64,000 nt of DNA from NCBI GenBank assembly GCA_963704655.1, contig OY969927.1, positions 608,001 to 672,000 on the forward strand, read 5' to 3'. The notes below the pieces were generated by a model. That model was given only the letters and a program-made list of their open reading frames with translations. It was not told where the DNA came from and searched no databases. Both the position numbers and the translations under genes were made by a program. The DNA is from an uncultured Candidatus Babeliaceae bacterium. Lineage in GTDB: Bacteria; Babelota; Babeliae; Babelales; Babelaceae. Of this stretch, positions 12,752 to 21,449 are shown in pieces (positions within the stretch are counted from its first letter, which is position 1; each line of letters starts with the position of its first letter).

Positions 12752-13693
12752 TTATTTCTTCACGCTATTTTTCCAAAAGAAATTACTTGGCTTCTGGTTA
12801 TTTGGCCCCTCAAAATCAACAGGGTACAATATCCCTTTGTTTACGTGGTAATTTGGAGCGCTATTGTCCCATAAATTAGCATAATTTTTTACGATCTCAA
12901 ACTGACGTTTCATTTCAGGATCTTTCATGATCTCAGTATCATAAATGCTCCCTACAGCCCCAGCTATTGCACCACCAATGTTTTCTTCCACAATAACATA
13001 GTTGCCATCGCTTACTTCAGTCGGTCTGCCTGGAATATGAACTACATACATTTTTGGTAATCTAATGCGATCGAGGTTATATTTTTCAATTGCCTCTTTT
13101 ACCATTAACCAATAGGGCATACGGCTAATTGTTTGATACGTTTTCGGACCATAATCTTTAATAAATGCATCTAACTTCGCTTGCGGAAAATAGCGATCCT
13201 GATTGTCTGCGCCCATTTCATGTAATATATTTCCTCGCCTATTCCAATAACCAGCCGATTTTATCAACAAATCATCACCTAAACGTATCGTAAAATTTTG
13301 TATCATTGGATTTATACCCTGTGGCACTGCAGCCACTTGAATCCCCGCACGAGCTAAAGCTTGTCGCATTGCTTCAAAAAATAAGAGGTCCTGCGGCATA
13401 ATTTGATTAAAATTTATAGCATATGGAGCATGATTAGAAAAAGGTATTTTAGTATAATAGCTCTCACCAGAAAAGATGTATGCAAAATCAGGTTTCTGAG
13501 CAAAGAAATTCTGTACTTTTTGCTCGATATCTTGAGGAACCTTCGGGGCCAATTCTAAGATGTTCTCAGGCGTCATTGCCTGCCCATTATAGGTATAACT
13601 ACAATGAATATCGTTTGATTCTGCCGCGGCAAGATAACCAGGCAGCATTGCCGCCACTATTACAAGCAGCTGACTTATAGGTAAAATCTTCAT
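12752..13693 (-). CDS. Secreted protein with putative atypical protein-kinase-like fold
   Basis: Signal peptide; LLIK, YVIVEE, WDNSAPNY (DxxxxN) and VDFE motifs in kinase order. Confidence 0.55.
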   Translation of the reverse strand: MKILPISQLLVIVAAMLPGYLAAAESNDIHCSYTYNGQAMTPENILELAPKVPQDIEQKVQNFFAQKPDFAYIFSGESYYTKIPFSNHAPYAINFNQIMPQDLLFFEAMRQALARAGIQVAAVPQGINPMIQNFTIRLGDDLLIKSAGYWNRRGNILHEMGADNQDRYFPQAKLDAFIKDYGPKTYQTISRMPYWLMVKEAIEKYNLDRIRLPKMYVVHIPGRPTEVSDGNYVIVEENIGGAIAGAVGSIYDTEIMKDPEMKRQFEIVKNYANLWDNSAPNYHVNKGILYPVDFEGPNNQKPSNFFWKNSVKK

Positions 13694-13854
13694 ACACTAT
13701 CTCCATTACTATTAATTATTTAACTTATTATTTTAATTATAATTGACAAATAGAAAATAAGGCAACAGAGTGGATTAAAAATGCAAATTTTGTGATAATT
13801 TTGCTATAATTTAAGGGATCAGAGGCGCATTAACCAAATCAAAACAGGAGATTC

Positions 13855-14349
13855 ATGAAAAAACTTATTCTTATTATGAGCTTATTATCTTTTTGCTCAT
13901 TACTTATAGCCAGAGCACCGGTTACTTTATTACCAAAGCCAACTATAATAGCTAAAAGTTGGAATGATTTATGGCGCAAAGAATTATACAAAGCTGATAA
14001 ATTACGCAAAAATGGAGATTTACTTGCCGCAGCTGAAGCTTATAAAGCATTAAGCGCAAATAGACAGCATAGAGATGAAGAGATAAGTTCTCAAGCGTTA
14101 AAGCGATTAAATCAATTACTTAACAATCCTGATTATTGGGAACAAAAAGAGTTAAAAGACAAAAAACATGCTGAAGAAGGCAAGCGGCTCATGGAAAAAT
14201 TTCAGAGCGCAGATACACTCAGGCAACAAGGCAAATATGCAAAAGCAGCCGCACTGTATGAAGAATTACAAAATGCGCCGTATCCTCACTACTGGGCACA
14301 AAGCTGGGCCTCTCGTCTTTTAGAAGAGATGCGTAAGTCCAAACTATAA
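13855..14349 (+). CDS. Secreted helical protein (paralog of 11665..12165)
   Basis: MKKLILIMSLLS leader; GDLLAAAEAY, EQKEL..KK, QGKYAKAAALYEEL shared with 11665. Confidence 0.7.
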   Translation: MKKLILIMSLLSFCSLLIARAPVTLLPKPTIIAKSWNDLWRKELYKADKLRKNGDLLAAAEAYKALSANRQHRDEEISSQALKRLNQLLNNPDYWEQKELKDKKHAEEGKRLMEKFQSADTLRQQGKYAKAAALYEELQNAPYPHYWAQSWASRLLEEMRKSKL

Positions 14350-14392
14350 TATCCCCACCGACGGCACATCACAAAATAAACACACAAAACTA

Positions 14393-14422
14393 TTGCTTTT
14401 CAAGCATTATTATAACTATACT
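14393..14422 (+). promoter_or_regulatory. Sigma70-like promoter of the shared leader module (type B)
   Basis: TTGCTT-18 bp-TATACT; related copy at ~15518-15547. Confidence 0.55.
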
Positions 14423-14470
14423 TAATGATATAGGTATAATAATAACCAAATAACTGTATTAGGAGAATTA

Positions 14471-14746
14471 ATGAAAAACAAATTAATGATTTTAGCTGGC
14501 CTTTTTAGCTTAAGCGCTCTCAATGCAATGGAACCAGTTGCCCATGAAAGAAAAGCGATGCTAGAAGCAGTTACTTTAGCTAATTTAGAAGACATCATCC
14601 AACAAGCCCAAGCGCTTAAAGAACTTGTAAAGCGTACTGATGAACTTCCTAGGTCAATTGCAGATGAAATAGATGCAGCCAGAAGTATGTTGGAGCGTCA
14701 AGTTGACTTGTTGCAATCAACGGCTAACCGGTATCCAAAGAATTAA
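14471..14746 (+). CDS. Small secreted coiled-coil protein, MKNKL-leader family (paralog of 15596)
   Basis: MKNKLMILAGLFSLSALNAMEP; ends ANRYPKN like 15596; AGGAG RBS. Confidence 0.72.
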   Translation: MKNKLMILAGLFSLSALNAMEPVAHERKAMLEAVTLANLEDIIQQAQALKELVKRTDELPRSIADEIDAARSMLERQVDLLQSTANRYPKN

Positions 14747-14749
14747 GTA

Positions 14750-14793
14750 AAAAGCCCCGACCCTTCGACAAGCTCAGGATGATCGGGGCTTTT
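14750..14793. repeat. GCCCCGA terminator whose loop is replaced by a stem-loop repeat
   Basis: GCCCCGA [CCCTTCGACAAGCTCAGGATGA] TCGGGGC. Confidence 0.85.
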
Positions 14794-14825
14794 CTTTGAA
14801 CTTATTTATTAGATGGATCCTAAAA

Positions 14826-14920
14826 CCGCTAACCCTTCGACCCGTCTTCGCCAAGGCTACGCCGGGCAAGCAAGCCTTTAGTGCTGAGCCTGACGAAGCA
14901 TCAGGATGATCGGGGCTTTT
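14826..14920. repeat. Nested composite of three short palindromic repeats
   Basis: Outer CCGCTAACCCTTCGAC...AAGC...TCAGGATGATCGG interrupted by CCGTCTTCGCCAAGGCTACGCCGGGC and TGCTGAGCCTGACGAAGCA. Confidence 0.75.
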
Positions 14921-15035
14921 TACTATAATATCCGCACCAACACACCTATAAATATAAAAAAAGCTATTGCCTCTTTAATATATTTTAACTTATACTTAAA
15001 GCGCTAAGTATAACAAATAAATAGTAGGTGAATTT

Positions 15036-15431
15036 ATGAAAAATAAATTAATGATTTTAATGGGTATTTTGGGCCTCAGTATCCTTAATGCAATTGAGCA
15101 CCTTGGAACTGTATATGAACCCATGTCAGCAGAGCATAAAGATTTTTTGAAACGGCAAGATTATCGTGAAATATTAAACCCTCATAGTGACACTTATGAA
15201 ATGAGCTTATCTCAGCTTTTAAGAAATGCGGATATGCTATCTGGTCGAAGCACCATGCGAGAAGGCGGAAGAGTCGTGCGTCCTACTTTAACAGCCGAAG
15301 ATCAACAAATTGCTCGAAACATATACGACTTTGTACTTTCTTCGCCTCAAGATACTATAACTTTCCCTACCATACATTGGGCAACAGAAGGGCTTGAGCA
15401 TTTAAATTCACGTACACGTACTTTGAATTAG
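15036..15431 (+). CDS. Secreted protein, MKNKL-leader family, unrelated mature region
   Basis: MKNKLMILMGILGLSILNA; upstream ~115 bp nearly identical to that of 12322. Confidence 0.7.
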   Translation: MKNKLMILMGILGLSILNAIEHLGTVYEPMSAEHKDFLKRQDYREILNPHSDTYEMSLSQLLRNADMLSGRSTMREGGRVVRPTLTAEDQQIARNIYDFVLSSPQDTITFPTIHWATEGLEHLNSRTRTLN

Positions 15432-15595
15432 AAGATTGAGCAACTTAAAGAATTAACCAAATTTACTATAATATCCGCGCTAGCAGCGCACAGATAAAAT
15501 AAACAATACAAAAATCATTGATTTATGATCATTATTTTAACTATACTTAAAGATATAGATGCAATAATAACCAAATAACTGTATTAGGATAACTT

Positions 15596-15883
15596 ATGAA
15601 AAACAAATTAATGATTTTAGCTGGCCTTTTGAGCCTCAGTGTTCTTACTGCAATGGAACCATTACCCGAGCATGAGGCCAAAGTCGATTATGAAAATAGG
15701 GTATTACAAAAAATAGCCGAAATGGAAGACAATGCTCGAACACTTAGAGATCTTGTAAAGATTACTGATCGGCTTCCTAATGAAGTTGAAAATACATTGT
15801 ATACATTAGGGCAAATCAATGAAAAACTTGGATACCACATAAATAGGGTAAAAGAGTCTGCTAACCGATATCCAAAGAACTAA
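15596..15883 (+). CDS. Small secreted coiled-coil protein, MKNKL-leader family (paralog of 14471)
   Basis: MKNKLMILAGLLSLSVLTAMEP...LVK.TD.LP...ANRYPKN. Confidence 0.72.
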   Translation: MKNKLMILAGLLSLSVLTAMEPLPEHEAKVDYENRVLQKIAEMEDNARTLRDLVKITDRLPNEVENTLYTLGQINEKLGYHINRVKESANRYPKN

Positions 15884-15912
15884 AAAAAAGCCCCGAGAAA
15901 TACGGGGCTTTT
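15882..15912. terminator. Bidirectional terminator, GCCCCG family
   Basis: A8 GCCCCG agaaata CGGGGC TTTTT between 15596 and convergent rplM. Confidence 0.82.
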
Positions 15913-15929
15913 CTTTGATATTTGTTAAA

Positions 15930-15972
15930 TCCCTCGATACTTTCCCCTCCGGGGAACACTCGGGATGAGCGG
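15930..15972. repeat. Variant stem-loop repeat with inner hairpin, directly after the rplM stop
   Basis: TCCCTCGATAC [TTTCCCCTCCGGGGAAC] ACTCGGGATGAGCGG. Confidence 0.6.
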
Positions 15973-15973
15973 G

Positions 15974-16405
15974 TTAGGCCGCTTTTGTAACTTGTGCTTG
16001 ATGTGGATGTTCCGCACCAGCATAAACTTTTAATTTTTTGATAACTGCATCAGCAAGTTTAGTTTTAGGAAGCATGCCTTTAACAGCCTTCATAATAATT
16101 TCTTCTGGTTTGCGCGCCATCATCTGTTCAGCAGTAAGGGATTTAAGACCGCCCATATAGCCGGTATACCACTCATAGGTTTTACCTTTTAATTTGTTAC
16201 CGGTAAATACCACTTTATTAGCGTTAACTACAATAACATAGTCGCCTGAATCAGCATGCGGTGTATATTGCGCAGTGTCTTTGCCACGTAAAATATCAGC
16301 AATCTCAGTCGCAAGACGGCCTACAATTTTACCTTTAGCATCAATAACACGCCATTTAGGGGTATGTTTTTCACTACGAAGAAAAAACGTTTTATTCATA
16401 TCCAT
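15974..16405 (-). CDS. rplM: 50S ribosomal protein L13
   Basis: WRVIDAKGKIVGRLA, YTPHADSGDYVIVVNA, AVKGMLPK, LKVYAGAEHPHQAQ; start 16405 or 16399. Confidence 0.96.
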   Translation of the reverse strand: MDMNKTFFLRSEKHTPKWRVIDAKGKIVGRLATEIADILRGKDTAQYTPHADSGDYVIVVNANKVVFTGNKLKGKTYEWYTGYMGGLKSLTAEQMMARKPEEIIMKAVKGMLPKTKLADAVIKKLKVYAGAEHPHQAQVTKAA

Positions 16406-16563
16406 ATTAAGTACCTTAGAAAATAGTGCGCTCAGCGCATTATAGTGTGTTAAAAACACACCGCTTATGTTATACTGCTTAAAAACTTACGTGGGTATTA
16501 CTCACTGTATTAAAAAATAGCCATTCAGTCAACTACAAATAGAACTTTCCCTAAAGGGTTTTT

Positions 16564-18168
16564 ATGTCATATTCTTGGTTAACCGTGCTCCCACCCATAA
16601 TAGTAATTGTGGTAACTATCATAACCCGCAGTGTCATTATATCCCTTGCAAGCGGGGTTTTAACAGCAGCTGCCATAGCAACAAACTTTAACCCCATTGC
16701 AGCAATAAGCTTAGCTGTTCAAAGAATTATAGAAGAAACCCATATCGCCGGAATTTTTACCGGCACCCAGCTTGACCATGTCTATACCTTTAGCTTTTTA
16801 GTATTGCTGGGCGTACTTATTCAGCTCATGAACCACTCAGGCGGCATTCGCGCCTATACCAATTTTTTATTACGGTTTATAAAAAGCCCCCGGGCCGCAC
16901 AGCAAACGTCGCTAGCCCTTTCAAGCACCCTTTTTATCGACGATTATGTCAATAACCTCACCGTTGGTGCTATCATGCGCCCGGTGACCGACCACTTTAA
17001 GATAGCTCGGGCAAAACTTGCCTTCTTGCTGGATTCTATGAGCGGCCCCCTGTGTATGCTTATCCCAGCAAGCAGCTGGGTTGCCTTTATTTTGGCGCAA
17101 ATGCAAGCGTCAGGGATATCGCCCCAAGGAACTGTCGGATCGTTGATTAATGACGATCCTTTATTTGTCTATTTTGCCTGTATCCCCTTTTTACTGTACC
17201 CGATTCTTATCGTTTCAGTTGCATGGCTCACAGTATATTTTGGATTTTCTTATGGTGCCATGGCCGATTTTGAAAAGATGGCCCAACAGACGGGAAATCT
17301 TTATGGCGGAAAAACGCCTCTTCATGCTACCCAAATTACAGAACAATTTAATGGAACCTTATTTGATTTTATATTACCCATTACCACGTTTATTGGCTGC
17401 TTTATTATAGCGGTGCTCTATTCTGGCAAAAGTAAGCTACTTGGTGGAAATGCAAGCTTTATGCAAACACTTCAGCAAGCTGATCCATTTTGGTCACTTT
17501 TTATTGCAAGTGTGATTGCCGTTTGCTTAACTATTGCCCTTTTTATCTATCACAACCCTGCCCAAATACGTTATGTTAATACGGCATTTTTTAATGGCTT
17601 TATGTTCATGAAAAATTCGTTACTTGTTTTATTACTTGCCTGGACGCTGAGCACGTTACTTAAAAGTGATCTTCAAACAGGAACCTATTTGGCATCTCTG
17701 TTGCCAGCCGATCTTTCTGTCTCATACCTACCGGTTATCATCTTTATCTTATGCACGGTAATTGCAGCGTCTACCGGATCGGTATGGGGAACCATTGCGC
17801 TGATGCTGCCAATTACGATTCCACTTTATTACGATATCGCATTTACATCGCCGACGTTTTTAAATAATCTTTACCCACTGCTTGGTGCACTCTTTTCTGG
17901 CTCTGTTGCAGGCAGCCACTTTTCACCGATTAGTGACGCTATGATTATGACGTCATTTTCTGCAGGCTGTTATCATCTGGACCATGTTCGAACGCAGATA
18001 AGCTATGCATCAAATGCATTAATTGGTTCTTTGGCTGGCTTTCTTATTATCAGCATATTACCAACATCGCTCTCTTATGGCCTAACACTTGGTATAAGTC
18101 TATTCACCGCATTTTTTGTAACGATAAGTTTACTCATTATTCGTGCTACATTTACCAAAAAACAATAA
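16564..18168 (+). CDS. Na+/H+ antiporter NhaC-family membrane transporter
   Basis: Polytopic membrane protein; FIDDY, LAFLLDS, ASTGSVWGT, HFSPISD motifs. Confidence 0.82.
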   Translation: MSYSWLTVLPPIIVIVVTIITRSVIISLASGVLTAAAIATNFNPIAAISLAVQRIIEETHIAGIFTGTQLDHVYTFSFLVLLGVLIQLMNHSGGIRAYTNFLLRFIKSPRAAQQTSLALSSTLFIDDYVNNLTVGAIMRPVTDHFKIARAKLAFLLDSMSGPLCMLIPASSWVAFILAQMQASGISPQGTVGSLINDDPLFVYFACIPFLLYPILIVSVAWLTVYFGFSYGAMADFEKMAQQTGNLYGGKTPLHATQITEQFNGTLFDFILPITTFIGCFIIAVLYSGKSKLLGGNASFMQTLQQADPFWSLFIASVIAVCLTIALFIYHNPAQIRYVNTAFFNGFMFMKNSLLVLLLAWTLSTLLKSDLQTGTYLASLLPADLSVSYLPVIIFILCTVIAASTGSVWGTIALMLPITIPLYYDIAFTSPTFLNNLYPLLGALFSGSVAGSHFSPISDAMIMTSFSAGCYHLDHVRTQISYASNALIGSLAGFLIISILPTSLSYGLTLGISLFTAFFVTISLLIIRATFTKKQ

Positions 18169-18238
18169 CCATTGCTTTTAATTATCTTTTTTTATTACGC
18201 TGATAACTATGAAAATAGTTTATTAACGGGGTACAAAG

Positions 18239-18664
18239 ATGATAAAAAAACTAACATTTTTATTATTGTGCATGAATACACAAATCTTTACGTGTGAAAA
18301 AGCAGAGAAAGAAAGAGCTTTAACACTTCAAATTAAAAATCTATTAAGTGCCGGTGAAATGCCTAAAGAACCATTTAAACATTGGTGCAAGTTACACTTG
18401 AATACATTTAAAGAATCTAAGCATGAGCCCTTACAAACAATAGGTTTGACCTTAGAGCAAATACTTGCTGGCAGTATACCTAACCCACTGAGAGTCTTGG
18501 ACGAATTTAAAGAAGCAGCTAAAGTACATCATGATAATGTAGATATAAACACTGAAAAATTACCTTACATGCTCACTGAAGGGACAAAGTGGTATTTTAA
18601 AGATAGTTGGTTTTTTTCTTTATTCACAAGATCAAAAGGAAATGGGGATACGCATGAAAAATAA
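18239..18664 (+). CDS. Secreted hypothetical protein (paralog of 18654)
   Basis: Signal peptide; IKNLLS.G.MP..PF..W and GTKWYF shared with next ORF. Confidence 0.65.
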   Translation: MIKKLTFLLLCMNTQIFTCEKAEKERALTLQIKNLLSAGEMPKEPFKHWCKLHLNTFKESKHEPLQTIGLTLEQILAGSIPNPLRVLDEFKEAAKVHHDNVDINTEKLPYMLTEGTKWYFKDSWFFSLFTRSKGNGDTHEK

Positions 18665-19118
18665 ACTTTTATTATTTTATAGCTTACCAATACTATTTAT
18701 TTCTAATGACCTTAACTGTCCAATCAAATCGAAAAATAGCGTAAGCACTGCAAGCAAAAATACGCAAGCCACGTTACCAAAAAATGCACAAACTAATTCG
18801 CAAGAAGCTGTTATTATCGACGAGATAAAATCGCTTTTAGCCCATGGCAAAGTACCGAGTTTAAGCTTTAATGAATGGGTCGATACGCACACACCCATTT
18901 TATTAAAATCAGATAAGGATGCCGTCAAAAAACTAGGCGAAACCTTACAAGCAATACGCAAAGGGGACACTGCAAAAATAAGCGCCTTTAAAGTTCTTCC
19001 AAATTTTGAAAAAGCCGTACAAGAGTACGACTCAAAATTCCGCATCAGCATGCTTTCAAAGCCGATAATTATCGCAAAAGGGACCTACTGGTATTTCTCT
19101 GCGCCTAAGAAAAAATAG
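18654..19118 (+). CDS. Secreted hypothetical protein (paralog of 18239)
   Basis: Start MKNKLLLFYSLP at 18654 after GGGGA; IKSLLAHGKVP...GTYWYF; ends PKKK. Confidence 0.65.
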   Translation: MKNKLLLFYSLPILFISNDLNCPIKSKNSVSTASKNTQATLPKNAQTNSQEAVIIDEIKSLLAHGKVPSLSFNEWVDTHTPILLKSDKDAVKKLGETLQAIRKGDTAKISAFKVLPNFEKAVQEYDSKFRISMLSKPIIIAKGTYWYFSAPKKK

Positions 19119-19206
19119 TAATAATTATAAAAAAATCTCGACTTACTAAGAGTTGATGTTCTACTTTAAGTATAAATCTTCTAGAACTTTTACGTTAAGG
19201 GCCTTT

Positions 19207-19581
19207 ATGGAACTCAAATATCTTGTTGCCATTGCAGTATTTTTTTTACTAAATAACAATTTACAGGGGATGAACATCCTCCAAACAGCCGGTGCATACG
19301 CTAAAACCCCAGCGGCCATAGCAGGCGCGGTTGGCATAGTCTATGCAACCCCAATAGCTACAAAACTCACTCTTGCTGGACTCCATAAACTGTTTACAAA
19401 AACAAATATGGCTATTCAAACTCAATGTGAAAAGATGGAGATGGGGGATGCCGCAGCGTTTATACAAAACTACCAAAACGTAATAGATGGTATGAATAAT
19501 GATTATTTCACCGTTGGCGCATCGGCTCTTGCTACATATCTTGCTCTTCTTGGCTATATTATTGCAGTATGTCCTCGATAA
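19207..19581 (+). CDS. Secreted/membrane hypothetical protein
   Basis: Start MELKYL after AAGGG; signal peptide and two hydrophobic segments. Confidence 0.6.
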   Translation: MELKYLVAIAVFFLLNNNLQGMNILQTAGAYAKTPAAIAGAVGIVYATPIATKLTLAGLHKLFTKTNMAIQTQCEKMEMGDAAAFIQNYQNVIDGMNNDYFTVGASALATYLALLGYIIAVCPR

Positions 19582-19590
19582 TAAAAAAAT

Positions 19591-19614
19591 AAGGGGCTTT
19601 TTCAAGCCCCTTTT
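19591..19614. terminator. Bidirectional intrinsic terminator
   Basis: AAGGGGCTT tttc AAGCCCCTT. Confidence 0.75.
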
Positions 19615-19647
19615 GTTTCTTATTTATAATGCGCATTGGCGCACTAT

Positions 19648-20115
19648 TTATTCGTACTCTTGATTACTCTCACTGTCCTGATCATCAATAAATGCTTGTT
19701 GTAATGCTTGCTGCGCTTGCGCGTCAGCTTGTCTTTTTAGCCTGCTAACCACTGCAAGTAAGACAATTTCAGCACCTAACGCTACTATAGTCACAGGAAG
19801 AACCAGCTGGCGCATCGTTTCAATATATTGGAAATACCCGGTACGCATAACGCGATTAAAACTAGAGATACCTGACTCACTCACATCCAAGTAGTTTTTA
19901 TATACATTAAGTAGATCCGTAAATAATTTATTAGATTCAGGATTGTTCCAGGTTTGGTAAATCTGATAAATGCCATAGCCAGCTAAACTGACACCGACTA
20001 CCTGCGCTGCTGTTTCTATTTTTTCAACATGCGTTTCAACAGGTTCCTGCTCAACTTCAGCTGCAAAAACTGGTAAAAATACAAGGGAAAAAAATAATAC
20101 TAATTTTTTCATCAT
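19648..20115 (-). CDS. Secreted/membrane hypothetical protein
   Basis: Signal peptide ending VFA; two hydrophobic helices; acidic tail. Confidence 0.62.
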   Translation of the reverse strand: MMKKLVLFFSLVFLPVFAAEVEQEPVETHVEKIETAAQVVGVSLAGYGIYQIYQTWNNPESNKLFTDLLNVYKNYLDVSESGISSFNRVMRTGYFQYIETMRQLVLPVTIVALGAEIVLLAVVSRLKRQADAQAQQALQQAFIDDQDSESNQEYE

Positions 20116-20132
20116 AAACTTTCGTGTTTTAT

Positions 20133-21449
20133 TTAATCTTCTTCTTCATAATCTTCGTCTTCATCTTCCATAGTAGCTCGTGCCATCTCTTGAATCGATT
20201 CAGCATCACGCGGCAGCTCAGCGCTTAAGCACTCAGCGCCATCAGCGACAATCCAGTAATCATCTTCAATACGGATTCCGATATTCTCTTCTGGAATATA
20301 AATACCCGGCTCAATAGTAATAACATTACCCTCTTCAAGTGGTAAAGTATAATCACCAACATCATGCACATCAAGCCCTAAATAGTGGCCAATGCCATGC
20401 TTAAAGTATTTTGCAAAACCTTTTTTCTCTAAATGGGCGACTGCCATATGGTGCAGTGACTGATCAGGTTTATCAGGATTTTTGAGCCACACACCTGGAC
20501 GTGCTTTAGTTGCAATATATTCATGCGTTGCAAGAACCGCTTCATACACTTCACGTTGACGTTTAGTAAATGTCCCCGATGCTGGGTAGGTACGTGTAAT
20601 ATCTGCGCAATAGTAATCATATTCAGCACCTATATCAACAACCACAAGATCATTTGGTTGAATAGCAGCGTTACCATTATGATAGTGCAAAATCGTGGTA
20701 TTTTTACCCGTTGCTACAATAGAAGGAAATGCAACAGAACCCTGAGATTCTGCAAAGATATATTCAATACCAGCTTTTATAACAGACTCTTTTACACCAG
20801 CCTGAATAACGCGCGCTGCTGCTTCTTGAGCAACCATAGTAAGTTCTACAGCTTTAAAAAGTGCTTCAATTTCGAACTTATTTTTTCGTGAGCGCTGTAA
20901 TGCGATCGCATTACTAATATCATGTAGATAATTTTTAAATTCAGGCAATAATGTCTGCATATGCATCACAAAAACAGGATATAAAAGCTGACGCGTATGA
21001 TGCGCATATGGCATACAAATCTTGCCGCCATCAGAAGTAATATTTTTTATATATGCAATAAGATCTTGGTACTGCTCTGCACCTGCGAGTAAGCTTGGCT
21101 CATAACCACGTTGCGGCTTGCCTAAATACTGCACATCGCTCATAGAAAGTTGTTGTGCACATTCACGTGTTGCTACAACTGTTTCAACTAACCAGTCTGA
21201 ACGTGGTGTTGCGTATGATGGGATAAAAAGACGTGATTTGCCCGAAAGTTCGATAATTAAAACTAAACCCGGTTCAGTTAAACCGGTATAGTAATAAAAT
21301 GAGCTATCTTGTCTAAAAGTGTGCTTGCCGTCTTCAAATCCTGCAAGCAACATGATAGCACCAGATTTCATGGTTGGGTTTTGCTTTTTAACAAGATCGA
21401 CTAATTCTTTTCGTCGACGGTCATAAAATGCATATGATGATTGTTTCAA
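20133..21449 (-). CDS. pepP: Xaa-Pro aminopeptidase (M24B)
   Basis: FRQDSSFYY, DIGAEYDYYCADITRT, HGIGHYLGLDVHD, TIEPGIY, GIRIEDD. Confidence 0.92.
   Translation of the reverse strand: MKQSSYAFYDRRRKELVDLVKKQNPTMKSGAIMLLAGFEDGKHTFRQDSSFYYYTGLTEPGLVLIIELSGKSRLFIPSYATPRSDWLVETVVATRECAQQLSMSDVQYLGKPQRGYEPSLLAGAEQYQDLIAYIKNITSDGGKICMPYAHHTRQLLYPVFVMHMQTLLPEFKNYLHDISNAIALQRSRKNKFEIEALFKAVELTMVAQEAAARVIQAGVKESVIKAGIEYIFAESQGSVAFPSIVATGKNTTILHYHNGNAAIQPNDLVVVDIGAEYDYYCADITRTYPASGTFTKRQREVYEAVLATHEYIATKARPGVWLKNPDKPDQSLHHMAVAHLEKKGFAKYFKHGIGHYLGLDVHDVGDYTLPLEEGNVITIEPGIYIPEENIGIRIEDDYWIVADGAECLSAELPRDAESIQEMARATMEDEDEDYEEED

Noticed and set aside
11499-15912. Integron cassette array or CRISPR array
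   Set aside because: Recurring hairpins are A/T-tract-flanked terminators without RYYYAAC/GTTRRRY attC ends; genes have their own promoters; spacing is gene-sized; no integrase or cas genes in the window
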